Shown here piece after piece: positions 51,550 to 63,810 of a stretch of DNA of 64,000 bases. The stretch comes from Raillietiella orientalis (Eukaryota): contig JAYWIR010000046.1 of NCBI GenBank assembly GCA_036172245.1, positions 930,001 to 994,000 on the forward strand, given 5' to 3'. The translations under genes and the position numbers were made by a program. The number at the start of each line of letters is the position of its first letter. Position 1 is the stretch's first letter. Below the pieces are notes generated by a model that was not told the origin of the DNA, made no database searches, and worked only from the letters and a program-made list of their open reading frames with translations.

Positions 51550-54370
51550 CAGGACTCAAGAGCTTTGTGAACCTTTAGGCGAACGTTCTTCAGCACTCAG
51601 TGAACCAGAAAAAAAGAGAACATCGTCTTCGGGTTTGATCACCGGCAGAAGAAGGGCCGTTGCAGAGCGTTCCCGGGCACGCCGGAGGGCAGCACGATGC
51701 ACCAACAGGTACGAGAACGATTCCGCTTCCCCGCACTTGTCACGACTTGGGTCCGAAATTCCTTTCATCCAGAGGCGTCGGCGAGGATCGCGCAGGAGAC
51801 CCTGGTGCGGGTGGCAGCACTGCCTGCCGGGTTCTGCACTTCAGGCAGAGTATGGAGCTGCCACTGCAGGGAACTCCAGGTCTTCGCGAGGAATTCCAAG
51901 CAGCCCCACAGTTCCGCCCCAGCTTCGCCCCTTGTTTGCAGGCATCAGCTGGGACGGTTTTACTATTAGGCAGATATAGGCGTTGTCTAGGGGCACCAGG
52001 CTATTAGGGGAGTCAAATTACAGGATGAAAAATGGTGTTTTTTTATTTTTCGTTTAAATATTTTTATTATTTATAAATTTATTGTTTTTTTTATACATGG
52101 GGCGCGAAATTTTCTTTTGCCTAGGGGAGCCAGACACCCTCGCACCGCACCTACTCTACGCATCGGAGCGCTCTGCCTTCCACCTTCCCGAACAGCCTCA
52201 GGAAGTCCGCTGCGTCCATGGCGGCGATACGGAGAGTTTATAGAAGCTTCGAGGTGCTGGTCTAGAAATAGATCGTGCTTGAAACTGGAGGCATCCGGTG
52301 TAGGTTGTTCAGCAGGCGCTTTGGCTCTTGGAGTGAACCTTGTAAGGAACAGCCGAGAGAGGGTTGACGCGACTGTCTGTTTTCAAGGCCCAGTTCGAGC
52401 GTCTGCTCCCCAGAGAAGAGGAAAGGGAATCAAAAAGCAGCCTCCGAATTCTTTTTCAATCCAGAAAAAAATGTAATCAAAGAAGTCAGTTTGCAAGTAT
52501 CCAGGTGCGCCACGTGCTGCATTTTTCATTAGCATGGGTTCTGTTTGCTCATAGTAGTCTGGCTGGCACATGAGCATAAGAAACAGGCAAGAGCAAAGCA
52601 CAAATCACTCAGAGGTCCATTGCAGCATCTCGCAGTGCTCTTCCAGCCAGCCGATCTTCGACGTCACTGTTATGATGAATTCTTGAAAGCTTCTTCAGTA
52701 GCTGCTAACTTGGTTACCATCCACAAGAATGGGAATGCTCTCTTGGGAAATCAGTCCAGACAACAATGTCTAGATATGAGGAAGGCTCCCCGTCCATTGG
52801 GATGGCATGATGGCATCATGGGAAAGTTTCTCCGAATCCTGATTCCATCTATTTTTAGGGATCCGTGGAGATAGTGGTCCCTCGGAACAGCATCTCCCGT
52901 ACATGCACTTGCCACTACCTGTCGGAAGAGAGGAAGAACTCCTACTGGCCGCCTTAATGTGAGCGCCCGTTCTAATGGAAGCGCAGAAAAGGATCCGTTC
53001 GCACACAGGTTTGAAAGAATTCATCTCCAAACAGAGAAGATCCCAAAGATGGCATAGGGGTGGTCGGAGGAAATGGGAAGAGGAAGGTACAACAGTAGCT
53101 TTCTCAGCATACGAAGAAGTCTTGGATCATGCGAACAAGTGAAGAAATTCTGACCACCCAAGAATCGCAAAATCTAGTAGCAAAGTAGCATGGTTTCTCA
53201 GGACCTTACCGCTCTCCTTTCTCCCCCCCTTCCTACGCCACACTTGATTCTCCATGAGCTCAAGTCATCACGAGGAATACTATCCAGCATCCCTTACCTC
53301 TGGATAGCATTCCCGGATTCCTTATTTCTCATTGGCATCATCCACACTACCTGTTGTCATCCATAACTGTCCAGCCCTTCTTTCCACATAGGTGGAAGTT
53401 CTGCGAACGACAGGGGGAAAAAAGAAAGGGTTGTCGAGTCTTCACATGGCCTCACTATTGTTCAATCAAGAGTTCGCTTACTCAAGCCATCAGGGTAAGG
53501 CTCCAGTTTGTGCAGATCCTCGGTGTACAAAATGCAACACGGTTGCCCTGAAGTGATGAACTCATGGGATGAACTCAAGGGAGAGAGATTTTTGGATTGA
53601 GTGACAGCGGAGTACGACCGAAACTGAAAGAAGGGCTACAGACGAAAGATGTAAGAGAACAGTCACCTTTCTAGAACGGAAGAAACTTTTCCTTCTGAGA
53701 AAATCTCTCACCGTTTTCGAAAATAGGTTTGGGAAGCAGGTCAGCATTTATGAAACACTGATGCTGGAGGGGAAGTGGTATGAGGTGGTGGGATCCACGC
53801 TGAGGGGCGGCGGTGAGAGCGTAGCTGCCACCGCACTCAGACGTGTTTTGCGGCCAGTTCATGCACCGGATCCACAAGCAGAGGTTCTGCTGAAGAAATG
53901 TGAGATTTCCCAGTTCCGGAAGCAAAAGACGAAACCCCAATTTTTGGAGGAGAGGAATGGGGGGGGGACGCAAAAGACAAGAGTTGAACTCAGAAGAAAC
54001 TTCTTGCTTTATAGGTTGTCAGAGGGAGAGAAATCAGAGACTCGCAAGCTTTTAGGGAATCAACTCTGCTCAGACCAAAGTGTCTATCGCCAAGAGTTTC
54101 AAAGGTTTCTTGCAACAATTTGTAGAGTAATATATTAATACAGAGGTGGGCCTTTATACTACTGACCTGTGTATTTCCTCTTCCGAATTTCTCTTCCTGA
54201 ACTCGGATTTTGTTTTTGTTTTGCTTTTTCTTCACTCGTTTGAGGTCAAAAATTCTCTGCTACACTCAACATCGATCGGGAAAAGCGTCACGTTTTCCGT
54301 TGAAGAACAGTAGCAGACCTTCATGGCTAGATCCTCTCTAGACTCGTGACAAAATCAGTCTTACGATGTC
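51550..54370 (+). mobile_element. Decayed DIRS-like retrotransposon (P1)
   Basis: VRHVLHFSLAW (~52505, like VGGRL.HF..AW); RT LGW (~52800) and FLGIRGDS...LPVGREEEL (~52855); RNase H RLQFVQILGVQN (~53500); MT PDPQAE (~53870); YR RQEFQRFLATICRVIY (~54090) and HST (~54265). Internally deleted. Confidence 0.6.
51949..52153. mobile_element. Small MITE-like insertion inside P1
   Basis: AT-rich core flanked by GGCAGATATAGGCGTTGTCTAGGGGCACC and GCCTAGGGGAGCCAGACACCCTCGCACCG, resembling common invertebrate GCCTAGGGCGCC MITEs. It interrupts GC-rich sequence; no TSD seen. Confidence 0.5.
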
Positions 54371-54689
54371 GCGAAATGGTCAGCTGATGCCCGCAGCTGT
54401 CATAGAACGAAGATCCGAATGAGATTGGGTTAATGTTAATCTACTCTGAGGATCATTCCTGATTCAATGGCATCTCCTTTATCACTGTGAGTGTGGCATC
54501 ATCACTGTAGATTGAGCTTTCCTGACGAATGAAACACTTATTGGTCCAGGAAGATATTCGAAGGAAAGAAAAACGCTGCCCTGATGCCGAGTGCATCAGT
54601 AGTCTTCACATGGCTACCTACTGAAAGTGACGAAGCTGCCATCAGATGCATTCTCCATGTGACCGTAGGTCCTAAAAGACAGCTCTGGC

Positions 54690-55205
54690 CCGCATTGGCG
54701 GCCGCGTGGCTGCCGTCTCTGCGCTTCGTGGCACCAAGTGTTGCGGGTTCGAATCCCCGCGTAGAGGACCGACGGCCGAGAAAAAGTGCGTTGTGGGTTT
54801 CGAGTTTCCCCCTCAGGATGACTCTGATTGGCCTTCGGCATCAGAAGAATCCAGACACCGGAAATCCCCCCACTGACTAGCTGGAATAGGAAGTTGACCA
54901 TCTGGGGTCCTTCTGGGGATCAAGGAGCCCTTCGGAGTTCCCCTCCGCTGGTGAAAATGGATCCTTGCACTATAGAGTTGGTTGATATCCCCCTCAGAGG
55001 GTTGCCTCTCCAAATTATCAAGTGCGCTGCTTTCTTCGGGGAGCACCCTTCAGAGAAATTGGGAAGCGTCTCATCGGGGTTCTCTTCAGAGGAGAACACA
55101 AGGAGAGGTTCCCTTGCGGGCTCCCTCCGGAAAAGAAATGAGGAGTGGTCTCCTATGAGGAATCCCTTCAGAGACAACAAGGACAAGGGTTCTCCTACCA
55201 AGCGT
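54690..55205 (+). repeat. Hairpin-rich leader repeat, copy 3, with tRNA-like B-box (upstream of P2)
   Basis: Perfect B-box GGTTCGAATCC at 54746-54756 within GCGGG-TTCGAAT-CCCCGC, and a degenerate A-box-like TGGCGGCCGCGTGG at 54696. The body is homologous to copies 1 and 2. Confidence 0.8.
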
Positions 55206-56499
55206 AAGAAACTAGTGCTCGTCATCATGCTTTAAGTGTTGCAATCCTCTGATGAGGTGATCTGAAAGCTGAATCGGTTCAAAAGAGACACAGAGCTCTT
55301 CATACACTGGTGCCTACCGGCTTGGATGAGATGAAGGAAGATGGAAAGTTCATCTTTGAGAAATTCACGCTTCGTTTCTGAATGCAGACTCCACACAGCA
55401 TAATTGCACCTCAGCCCCATCATTGGACGAATAGGGACCAAATATGTGAAAGCTCTTATTCCACTGAGACAATATTCAGCTTTCCCGTAAAGTTTTAAGA
55501 AGGAATGCCATTTCCTTTGACGATCTTTCGTTGATCTTAAAATCGATCAGTAGTATTCATCAGTCTACAGTATATTGCGTTTTGCTATCGAAATAGCTAG
55601 TAATGATTCTGAAACTTTTTCCCTGCTGCTCATGTTGTTATTGTTGCTTCTGCTGCTGTTGTTTGTAGCCTTGGAAGCATTCTAATAGCACTCTTAACAA
55701 CCTCACGATGAAACATTCAAGATTCTTCGTGGTAAGCATTTTCTCGAAACACACTCTCCACGTCCTCATCAGTGGATAACACGAGTTGCAGATCTAACAG
55801 TCAAGCTGCCACGTCTTCCATTTGTACCTATTTTTGCTTAAATCATTTAGAATCCATTTAAACCTAACTTATAATCGTTTATGCGATTAAAATTTGATCT
55901 CACTGGCCTCATGACATCTGTAGGAAAATGCTTTGCTGCTTTCTCGAAAATAGGCTTGCTACAAGTGCTAGGTCTGACTTTGGTGTCCTTGGGAACATAG
56001 GCGATATCCTTTTGTTCCTGATAAACCTCTATCTATGACACTAGCACTCGAGGTTCCTACATCTCCAACCCTTCGAACAGACGCAGAGAATTGCATCTGC
56101 TCGTGCACTGCACAAATAGAGTCCGGGTAGAGGGATGGTTTGATTTCTTGACCTTCACATAATCTTCATTTAATTTTACGGCAACAATTTGCATGCGCAC
56201 CGACCCCGGAGCTGTAGCATTCGTATTCATTGCATATCTACCGTACTCAGCTTCCCGGTCATCCCGATGTTTTGTGGAATGATTAGTTCAAAGGTGACTC
56301 GCTGTCTTTTGATACTTTAATGAATCAACTCAGGCTCAAAGGAAGCTCACATGGATTTTTGTGTTAAAATGGTCATTTAGGAACATCATGAACTTTTTTC
56401 GCTCCCTGCACGTTACTTAAACGTTGAAAATGGCTTTCCTCTCCGTAGCGGAGTATCCATCTTTTTTTCCTTTTGTTATTTTTAAAGGACCCAGTCTCT

Positions 56500-59150
56500 G
56501 TGTGCTCCTCATCACGGCAGCTTGGATTTGCGTGCATTCTTATCAGAAAAGCGAAGGGTGAATTCGAAATCTTATTCAAACGTGAAGAAGCATTTCGTCT
56601 GCTCCAGATGCCATCAATGGATCGTTCACCTCCAAACCATTGTTATTCTTATTTGGCTTTATCCCTGTGCTGCCCACGTTCGGGTTCAATTGCAAGGGAA
56701 CTGTGTGAAGATAAGCGTAAGAGCTAGTAAGACCATGCTGCCGAAGAGACTTTCTCGGTTCTCTTCAAAGCTTAGCTGCAACTATGATTTCAATCATGAT
56801 GAACTAAAGAATGGCTTCTCTTTCCTGATCCATTTACCTTGCTTCTTCAACTTTATATTACTTTCCAGAAATACTCATCAAGCACGTTTGCAAGAACTGG
56901 AGTCATCTGGGCAGACGTCATGAGGAATGCTCGTGCGTCTGCTCCAGTCAAGTTTGTAGTGCAAATGGAAAATCTGAAGTGATAGTCGTGGCCCACCAGA
57001 CCTTAAGATCATTGCTCTGTCACTTTCAAATGCCTACTGGTGACCCTTTCTCATTCCTACGAGCGGATCGCTCTGGTTTTCGAGTGAATGCTCCATTTTG
57101 TAGATGCGGAAGTTGTTTTGTCAAACTTGTAAGTCAGTGGTTTATGGAAATGCTCATGAGTTCATCTTAGTTGGTGTGGTATGGAGCCAATAAGGAGAAC
57201 TGCTCGAAGCTGACTGGAAAATGGAAATTCCAAACCAACGGCTGAAAAGCTAGGTTCGCCCTTATTTTCTACAAATATCAGTTTACCATCCAAATCAGAT
57301 TAGGGCTCTACCGATTTCTCAATTATTTCCCATTATGTTGTTGGAGACAGTTATTGTCCAATTCCACTTCCTCATCTCACTGTTACCAATCCTTCCATCT
57401 TCTGTTGTTTGAAACTGGTGTTCTTACTGATGATCGATGCAACAAATCTGTTCTGTCTAGACAAAAACTATCGTTGGATCAGTTGTTACTGTTGCCGATG
57501 GTTTCAGTAGATCTACTTATAAGCTGTCTCTACCAACCGTTCGTAACGAGGAGAATAATTCAGAGAACTATGCAGAGAGACTGGGGATCTTAATTTCTAA
57601 AAATCTCTTAGTTTTGATCTAGCATGCAAACGGAATGCCTAGAAATCAGTTTTATTCACTCTGAAAGTACAAATCTCAGTAGAATTCCTATTTACATTTA
57701 TTGCTTTACTCTTTACCTGTATCACAGTAACTTATAAAAATCCAGGACAATCTCCTGTGTTGGATTTCGACCATCAAGTTCCTGTCTCCACTGAGGCTTC
57801 AACAACACTGAGGTTTCCTCTCTGTCTGAATTTCAGACAGAGAGGAATCTCTGCTTATATCCTCTTCTCTGATTTGTTTCGATTGTTCCGATTCTTTCTT
57901 TCTCAATCACACTTCTGCGAACTCTTCCTGTTGGTCACCAGATGTGTTCCCCTCCGATTCGTTACGACACAACTGTCTGCTAAGTTTATTGCAAATGCGC
58001 GCTGCTAAAATGGAATACCCCCTTTTCGTAATCGTGGGGTTTGGTTGATACGGACAACATTTTTTCTTTTTATTTATTAGTAATAATACCTCTATATAAT
58101 TGGTATTTGCAAATGTGCTAATTATGTATGTCATGAGTGTTTACATGCTGATGCTGGTTAGGGTTTCGACCAAGAGAACAGAAAAAAATAGAGATGTAGC
58201 GATCGCATTAATCTTGAAAAAATTCAAGGATCGTGCCTTGGGAGCAGGAACAGTGCATTTTAATCGTTACCTTTGATTACCTTTGAAGCTACCTTGTCAT
58301 GAATCTATGGTGCAAAGTAGGAGGTGTAGCTACATCTGCGTGTCATCCAGCTAAATTTTATATTCCTGATTCTGCTGCATTTGTGCTAAGTACACAATTT
58401 GCATTCCTTGATCATCATTGTTTCAAGAAACCAGAACGATGGAAAACTAGTTGCTGAAGATGTGTAACGGACCCCTTCGAGCAACGGATTCAGTGGCTAG
58501 ATTGGCACATCTAATGCACAACCCAGCAACTACAGTGTCCATGTTGCCACAGAGGTCACAACTGGCCTACATGCTATGAATTTGGCCCGTAATCAGAAAA
58601 GTGATGGAAAAAGCAGGACCTCTCTTTATCCACAACTTAATAATTCTTTTTCTGGAAAACAAAAAAAAAAGATTGTCTGTAAAGTGACTCTTACCCAGTG
58701 AACTGAATTCACAGGGTGATCCCCACATCTGTATGTTTCTTCCGAATCATTGTTGATCCATGATATCTTCGCTGTCCATATGGCAGCTACTGAAAAAGAC
58801 TCCTCTCTAGAAACATGGCACGGATAAGTGTACGAATTTGTGAGGAATCAGAAGTAGCATTCACCTTCAAGCAAAACTTCACCCTATTCCACAGTTCCTC
58901 CACAGTCGCTCCTGTGAGATTCACGCCGGGATGTTTTTTCCGTTGTAGGCGCCGATCCACCCGCAAAACTTTCCATTTCGACAGGAGCGAAGGTCAACTT
59001 TATAAGTCCGCCCTTGACAAATGCAACGTGTTTCCAGCTCCTTTTTTGAAATCTTGGATAAGTGAGGTGCAAGACGGCAAACCAGGGTCCAGGAATCAGG
59101 CTGACGGATATTGAAGGGGAAGAATTTTATCCACCCACGTTGGATTTTTT
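56500..59150 (+). mobile_element. Decayed DIRS-like retrotransposon (P2)
   Basis: RT IRKAKGEFEIL (~56545), LPKRLSRF and LLQS...GKSEV..HQTL (~56940-57005); YR-like APVRF (~58910) and LKSWISEV (~59050). Very degenerate. Confidence 0.45.
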
Positions 59151-60430
59151 TCGGGGTGAATCACAGCGGAACAGCTGGAACCATCTTCCCAGACACTCTA
59201 ATGGACCGATAATAAATCCAAGAATAAGTAATTAGAATCTACAAGTCCTTGTCTCTATTTGGGAGCTGTTTAGGTTTCTTCTCCGGAAAAAAAACGAGGA
59301 AAAAAAAAAAAGCATCCCGTTGCCAAAAAATTACTTTAAGGCAAGAGCAACCACGCTCGGTGATTTGTGCCATGCTTTCAAAAGAAACTGTGGTGCTCTA
59401 TGACAGATGAAATATGTGAATATAAGGATTTGGGGGAAAGGAAATTGAGTTGCTTCGCAAGTCTCCTCGGTAATTAATGGCGTGGCGACTATTATCTCTA
59501 CGAGAATAGCATCGGTCTCCTTGAAGTGAAGCGCACTGTTTGCTTCCGACTGGCGAAGGCACTCCACCAGCACCGAGGAAAATTCAGCTGTTCTTCGACT
59601 TATCCACGAAAGACACCGATCCTGCCCAGGCAAGCAGGGAAGTAAAGGCGGATTGCATTGTACATCGTGGTAGCTCACAGTTCAACCCAACAACATGTTG
59701 GAAACGATTGTTTCTTCTTAATAGCGTCGTTCAGGCAAAGCATCCATTAGCGTTATAGAGAACAACAGGGGATGACAACTGGGCAACTCGAACGAAGGTG
59801 AAGGCAACCTGCTCTCGAATCTTCTGCTTGGTTCGACTAGCTCCTAACGACCATTGAGGATGTATGAAGGGTGCTCGTTTGATCGTGCGTTCAATTCGGA
59901 CACGGGCTGTCTTTTAGCTGGATAGGCAAAGAAGGGGAGGGCCGAGATACGCAGTGCGCATCGGCAATTTTGTTAAAAAAGGGGCCATACTGAAGAACTT
60001 TTGGGACCCGACGCTGCACGAGACACTCGGGGCTGAGATTTCAGGACTGCAAGCATCCACTGGAAAAATAAGGGAACTCTGCAACGCGCACTTTATGTAG
60101 CTGTTCCCGTGGGAACACAGCGCAGGGTGTGCGGCACGCATGGGGCTGCCATCTTATCAGCCCCGACTCAAGAACAAGGTCCTATTTCTGGTGAAGAACG
60201 GGTGGCAACGCGCATGAACGTCGGACCTCCGACACAGAAAGATGCGCATTCAAAACTCGTCGCTTGTCAGGAGCGGATGAGACGCAAGCAACGCAGAGGG
60301 TCCACTCCTTGACGAGAATCAGAGGCCAGATTGGGTAGACCCTCAAGGATAGACCCACTCGATGGAGGAAGAAGATTTTCCAGTTCCAAAGAACTCATCA
60401 AAGAGGCGACTTCGGGGATGCAGATGCGAG

Positions 60431-60919
60431 TCTCCCTGCGGGGGGGACGTGGCTGAACGCGGCGTGGCACCGCGCTCCCGAGCTCACGGGAAAGCCGGCC
60501 GCAAAGTGCGGGAGAAGACCAGAGGCCCCTGGCGGTCGCGTGGAAAGCAATCGTTCGCGCTCTTCTGACGGAGCAAGGGATAATCTCAGGAGCGAAGAGA
60601 AAGCGCCTTTCCTCTGGACCAAAGTTGCCAAGGCACTGCCCCGGAAGCAAAGAAGACGCAGGATGCAGAGCAAGGCCAGAACGAAGGATGAGCGAGAAAG
60701 ATCATTCTCCTATTCCCGACTCTTTCCCAAAGCGTGTTTTCCAGTCGCTGTCCCACCAGGACTTGGTTGTTTTTCTGATTGCTTGACTTGGATGCTGGAG
60801 AAACCCATCTCTAGAGGGTCACAGGAAAGAAGGTGACAAGGATGACGACAGATCCAAATGATAATCGAGGTGCAACAGATCTTGGGGGAACGAAAAGCTG
60901 CCTCGATCTCGGCTCGTTC
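60431..60919 (+). repeat. 489-bp inverted duplication, left arm
   Basis: Reverse complement of 63322-63810. The ORF-track translations of the two arms are identical and no mismatch was found by eye. Confidence 0.95.
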
Positions 60920-62640
60920 TTCTGGGACAGCTCGCCTCAGGAGCTAGACTGGTGCTGTTCCCGAGTGAACACTGCGGTGTCCGCAAAGCTGCCGAGGTGG
61001 ACCACGGCAAGGTAGATGAGACGAAAGCGCTCCTTGAGGTCCTCCAAGCCGGCGCATGCGCCTCGGAATATCGAGCGTGCCACGCCTAGAATGCTTGGTG
61101 GAAGATCGTCTCCTTTCCTTGACCAATCCCAGAGTGGTTTTTCTCTGACCGAGGCAGCTGCGGAAGACCAGAAGAAGGCAACACTCGCAACAGACTTTTC
61201 TCTCCCCCCCCTCCTCCTTCCTTTCCCTCTTCCCTCGCTGCGCTGCCCGCGGGCGGAGCGAACCCTCCTCTTCTCGGTCACGTGAGGGTCACCTTCTGCG
61301 TCCCTCCGCTCTGGAGCGTTCGCTCCGGTCATTCGGTTTCCCTGGCAACCTGAGAGTGCCAAATGAGCCGTTTTAAGGCATTCTCGAACGTTCTTCCAGA
61401 AGTCCAGAGAGAGGAAGTCGTAGGAGAAGCTCGACAGTGCACAGCAGCAACAGTGTGCTGATGCTGCTGTGCCACTCGCGTGTCCCACTCGGATTTCCCA
61501 CTCGCGTTCTCCTTGAGCTGCTGGTCGACCTGTTCGCCCTTCACCAACCTCCCTCACCTAATGGTCCTCAGAAAGAATTTGGGTTTATCCAGCTTCTAGC
61601 CACCCGTTTCCCTGCTTAAGGGACTCCAAGGGAAGAAACCCTCCCGCTGAATCCGGGAGTCCGACCATCCCGGAACAAGGCAAAAGGCCTTACGAGGTTC
61701 TCTTCCCAGAACACCACAAAGGAACTGGATAAAAGTCCCTCCTGTTCTTGGTGCAGCCGTTCTTCGTGGCTAAAAGTGAATCCCCGAAGTTCGTCTCATC
61801 CTTTCTGAGCCCAACCAGTAGATTCGTCCTATGAAACCCCCTTGGCAACGGCTGAGGGAGATTTCCCAGCAAGCAGAGCAGATGAGGAAGGTATGGGGGG
61901 CTTTGCGCTTTCCTCTTCACCTGTGCACCCTTTTCAGCTCCTTCTCATGACGAGGCTTCGGTTCTTGAAGCTGCTCTCTTCTTTTGCCGCCAATAATGAC
62001 CCAATACGCGACCCTGGACAATTTTTTCATCAAGATAATGGGAAACGATCCGGTGGTTGTGGTGGTTTTTCAAGTTTCCAGGGGAGAGAGGAAAGAGGGA
62101 ACCTGCTCAAACCTGGTGGCTTTCGAGCTTCCTCACCACCTCATCCGCCTGGGTCACGGCTGGAGAACTGCCGACAGTGATCCACCCGATGCACCAAGTA
62201 GATCAGGCGAGGGAGCCCCTGGATGTTGCCGGAAGTGCCATTCCCCTCCCCGGGAGGTCGGGTCTCCTACATCGCCCGTCTTCCCCCACTTCCTCCAGGA
62301 CAGAAAGAACAGGGAGCGAGCAGTCTCCACGGAAACCGCCCAACCTCTTGACCTTGTCGACTGACTTGCGAAGGCGCTTCGTGACTGCGCGGCAGCTCTC
62401 CGCGGTGGTCGAGGATGCACCAAAGTCTCTTACTCGGTCACGCCGGAGCGTTTATTTTCATAAACCAGCTGGGAACAGTTGTTTCCAGCCGACGATTACA
62501 AGAAACCAACAACGGAGATACGCCACTGGCACGCAGGCCAGGAAAACGGAAGGTCCGGAACGGGTGGGGGAGGAGGGGACTACCAACAAACAAGAACAGT
62601 CTAAATGGGAGGAAAGGGCCAAGGATCTTTGGTGACGCTC
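60920..62640 (+). mobile_element. Partial DIRS-like element (P3): diverged leader plus gag-like region
   Basis: GGGACAGCTCGCCTCAGGAGCT (~60924) matches the reverse complement of ~48855-48875. TLDNFFIKIMG...FQVSRGERKEG (~62010-62100) parallels M1 RLDGLLKIIFG...LQVTNGEKEAR. Confidence 0.4.
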
Positions 62641-63321
62641 CGCAGTCACCGGAATAGACGAAGAGTGAAAGCACTAAAAGCACTACGGAGTGAATGGGAA
62701 GTGGGGCGCGAAAACAAAAATGAAATTGAAAGGATGCACCAAAGTGGTGCCTTCCGAGACGGGCGCTTCCGAAACATGCAGTAGGCACCGCCTCTGGCGG
62801 GGTGTCTCGCGCAGGATGAGATGCAGCCAAGCCGCTTAACGAAGAAGCGCATGGTGGTTGCTGCTGGTTATGGGTACATGAGTCGTCGGAGCGACTTTCC
62901 AAAAAGAGACGCCATGCATTTCCGGGTGCCATCCAGTGCCGTATTCCTTCTCTGGTGAGGGCCAGCTCGCTGGCGACGGCCATTGAACGTCCAGGCTGCT
63001 TGCAGGTGACCGGTGGCCTGGGAGTCCCGTCGCCGACAGCCAACTCTTTAAGAGGTTGTCAGGTGCGCTCGTCCACTGCGACCTCTGATGCGAATCTTCC
63101 GGCCACAGGAACTCCTGATCTGGGTCTTGAGCAGCCGGATCCGATGAGATCAACAGTTTGAAGCGGCTCTTGGCTGCAAAGTCGTTTGACTCCGTCCAGG
63201 AGATTCCAAAACTGGTCACGCAGGGGGGTTCATTCAAACACATGAACGCACATTCAGCACACTCTGGAGTCACGAGTCATGGAACGCCGCCCCTTGGAAC
63301 ATGGAACATGGAACAGTCATG

Positions 63322-63810
63322 GAACGAGCCGAGATCGAGGCAGCTTTTCGTTCCCCCAAGATCTGTTGCACCTCGATTATCATTTGGATCTGTCGTCATC
63401 CTTGTCACCTTCTTTCCTGTGACCCTCTAGAGATGGGTTTCTCCAGCATCCAAGTCAAGCAATCAGAAAAACAACCAAGTCCTGGTGGGACAGCGACTGG
63501 AAAACACGCTTTGGGAAAGAGTCGGGAATAGGAGAATGATCTTTCTCGCTCATCCTTCGTTCTGGCCTTGCTCTGCATCCTGCGTCTTCTTTGCTTCCGG
63601 GGCAGTGCCTTGGCAACTTTGGTCCAGAGGAAAGGCGCTTTCTCTTCGCTCCTGAGATTATCCCTTGCTCCGTCAGAAGAGCGCGAACGATTGCTTTCCA
63701 CGCGACCGCCAGGGGCCTCTGGTCTTCTCCCGCACTTTGCGGCCGGCTTTCCCGTGAGCTCGGGAGCGCGGTGCCACGCCGCGTTCAGCCACGTCCCCCC
63801 CGCAGGGAGA
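63322..63810 (-). repeat. 489-bp inverted duplication, right arm
   Basis: Reverse complement of 60431-60919; no flanking TSD. Confidence 0.95.

Noticed and set aside
54696..54770. Bona fide tRNA gene
   Set aside because: No proper acceptor stem or D-arm, and it is embedded in a repeat.
51020..55205. PAT/Ngaro-style split direct repeats flanking P1
   Set aside because: Copy 3 is followed by another RT-to-YR series (P2), so it is better read as the next element's leader. Not fully excluded.
55249..55285. Hammerhead ribozyme (CTGATGA...GAAA)
   Set aside because: Stem II is weak and stem I cannot form.
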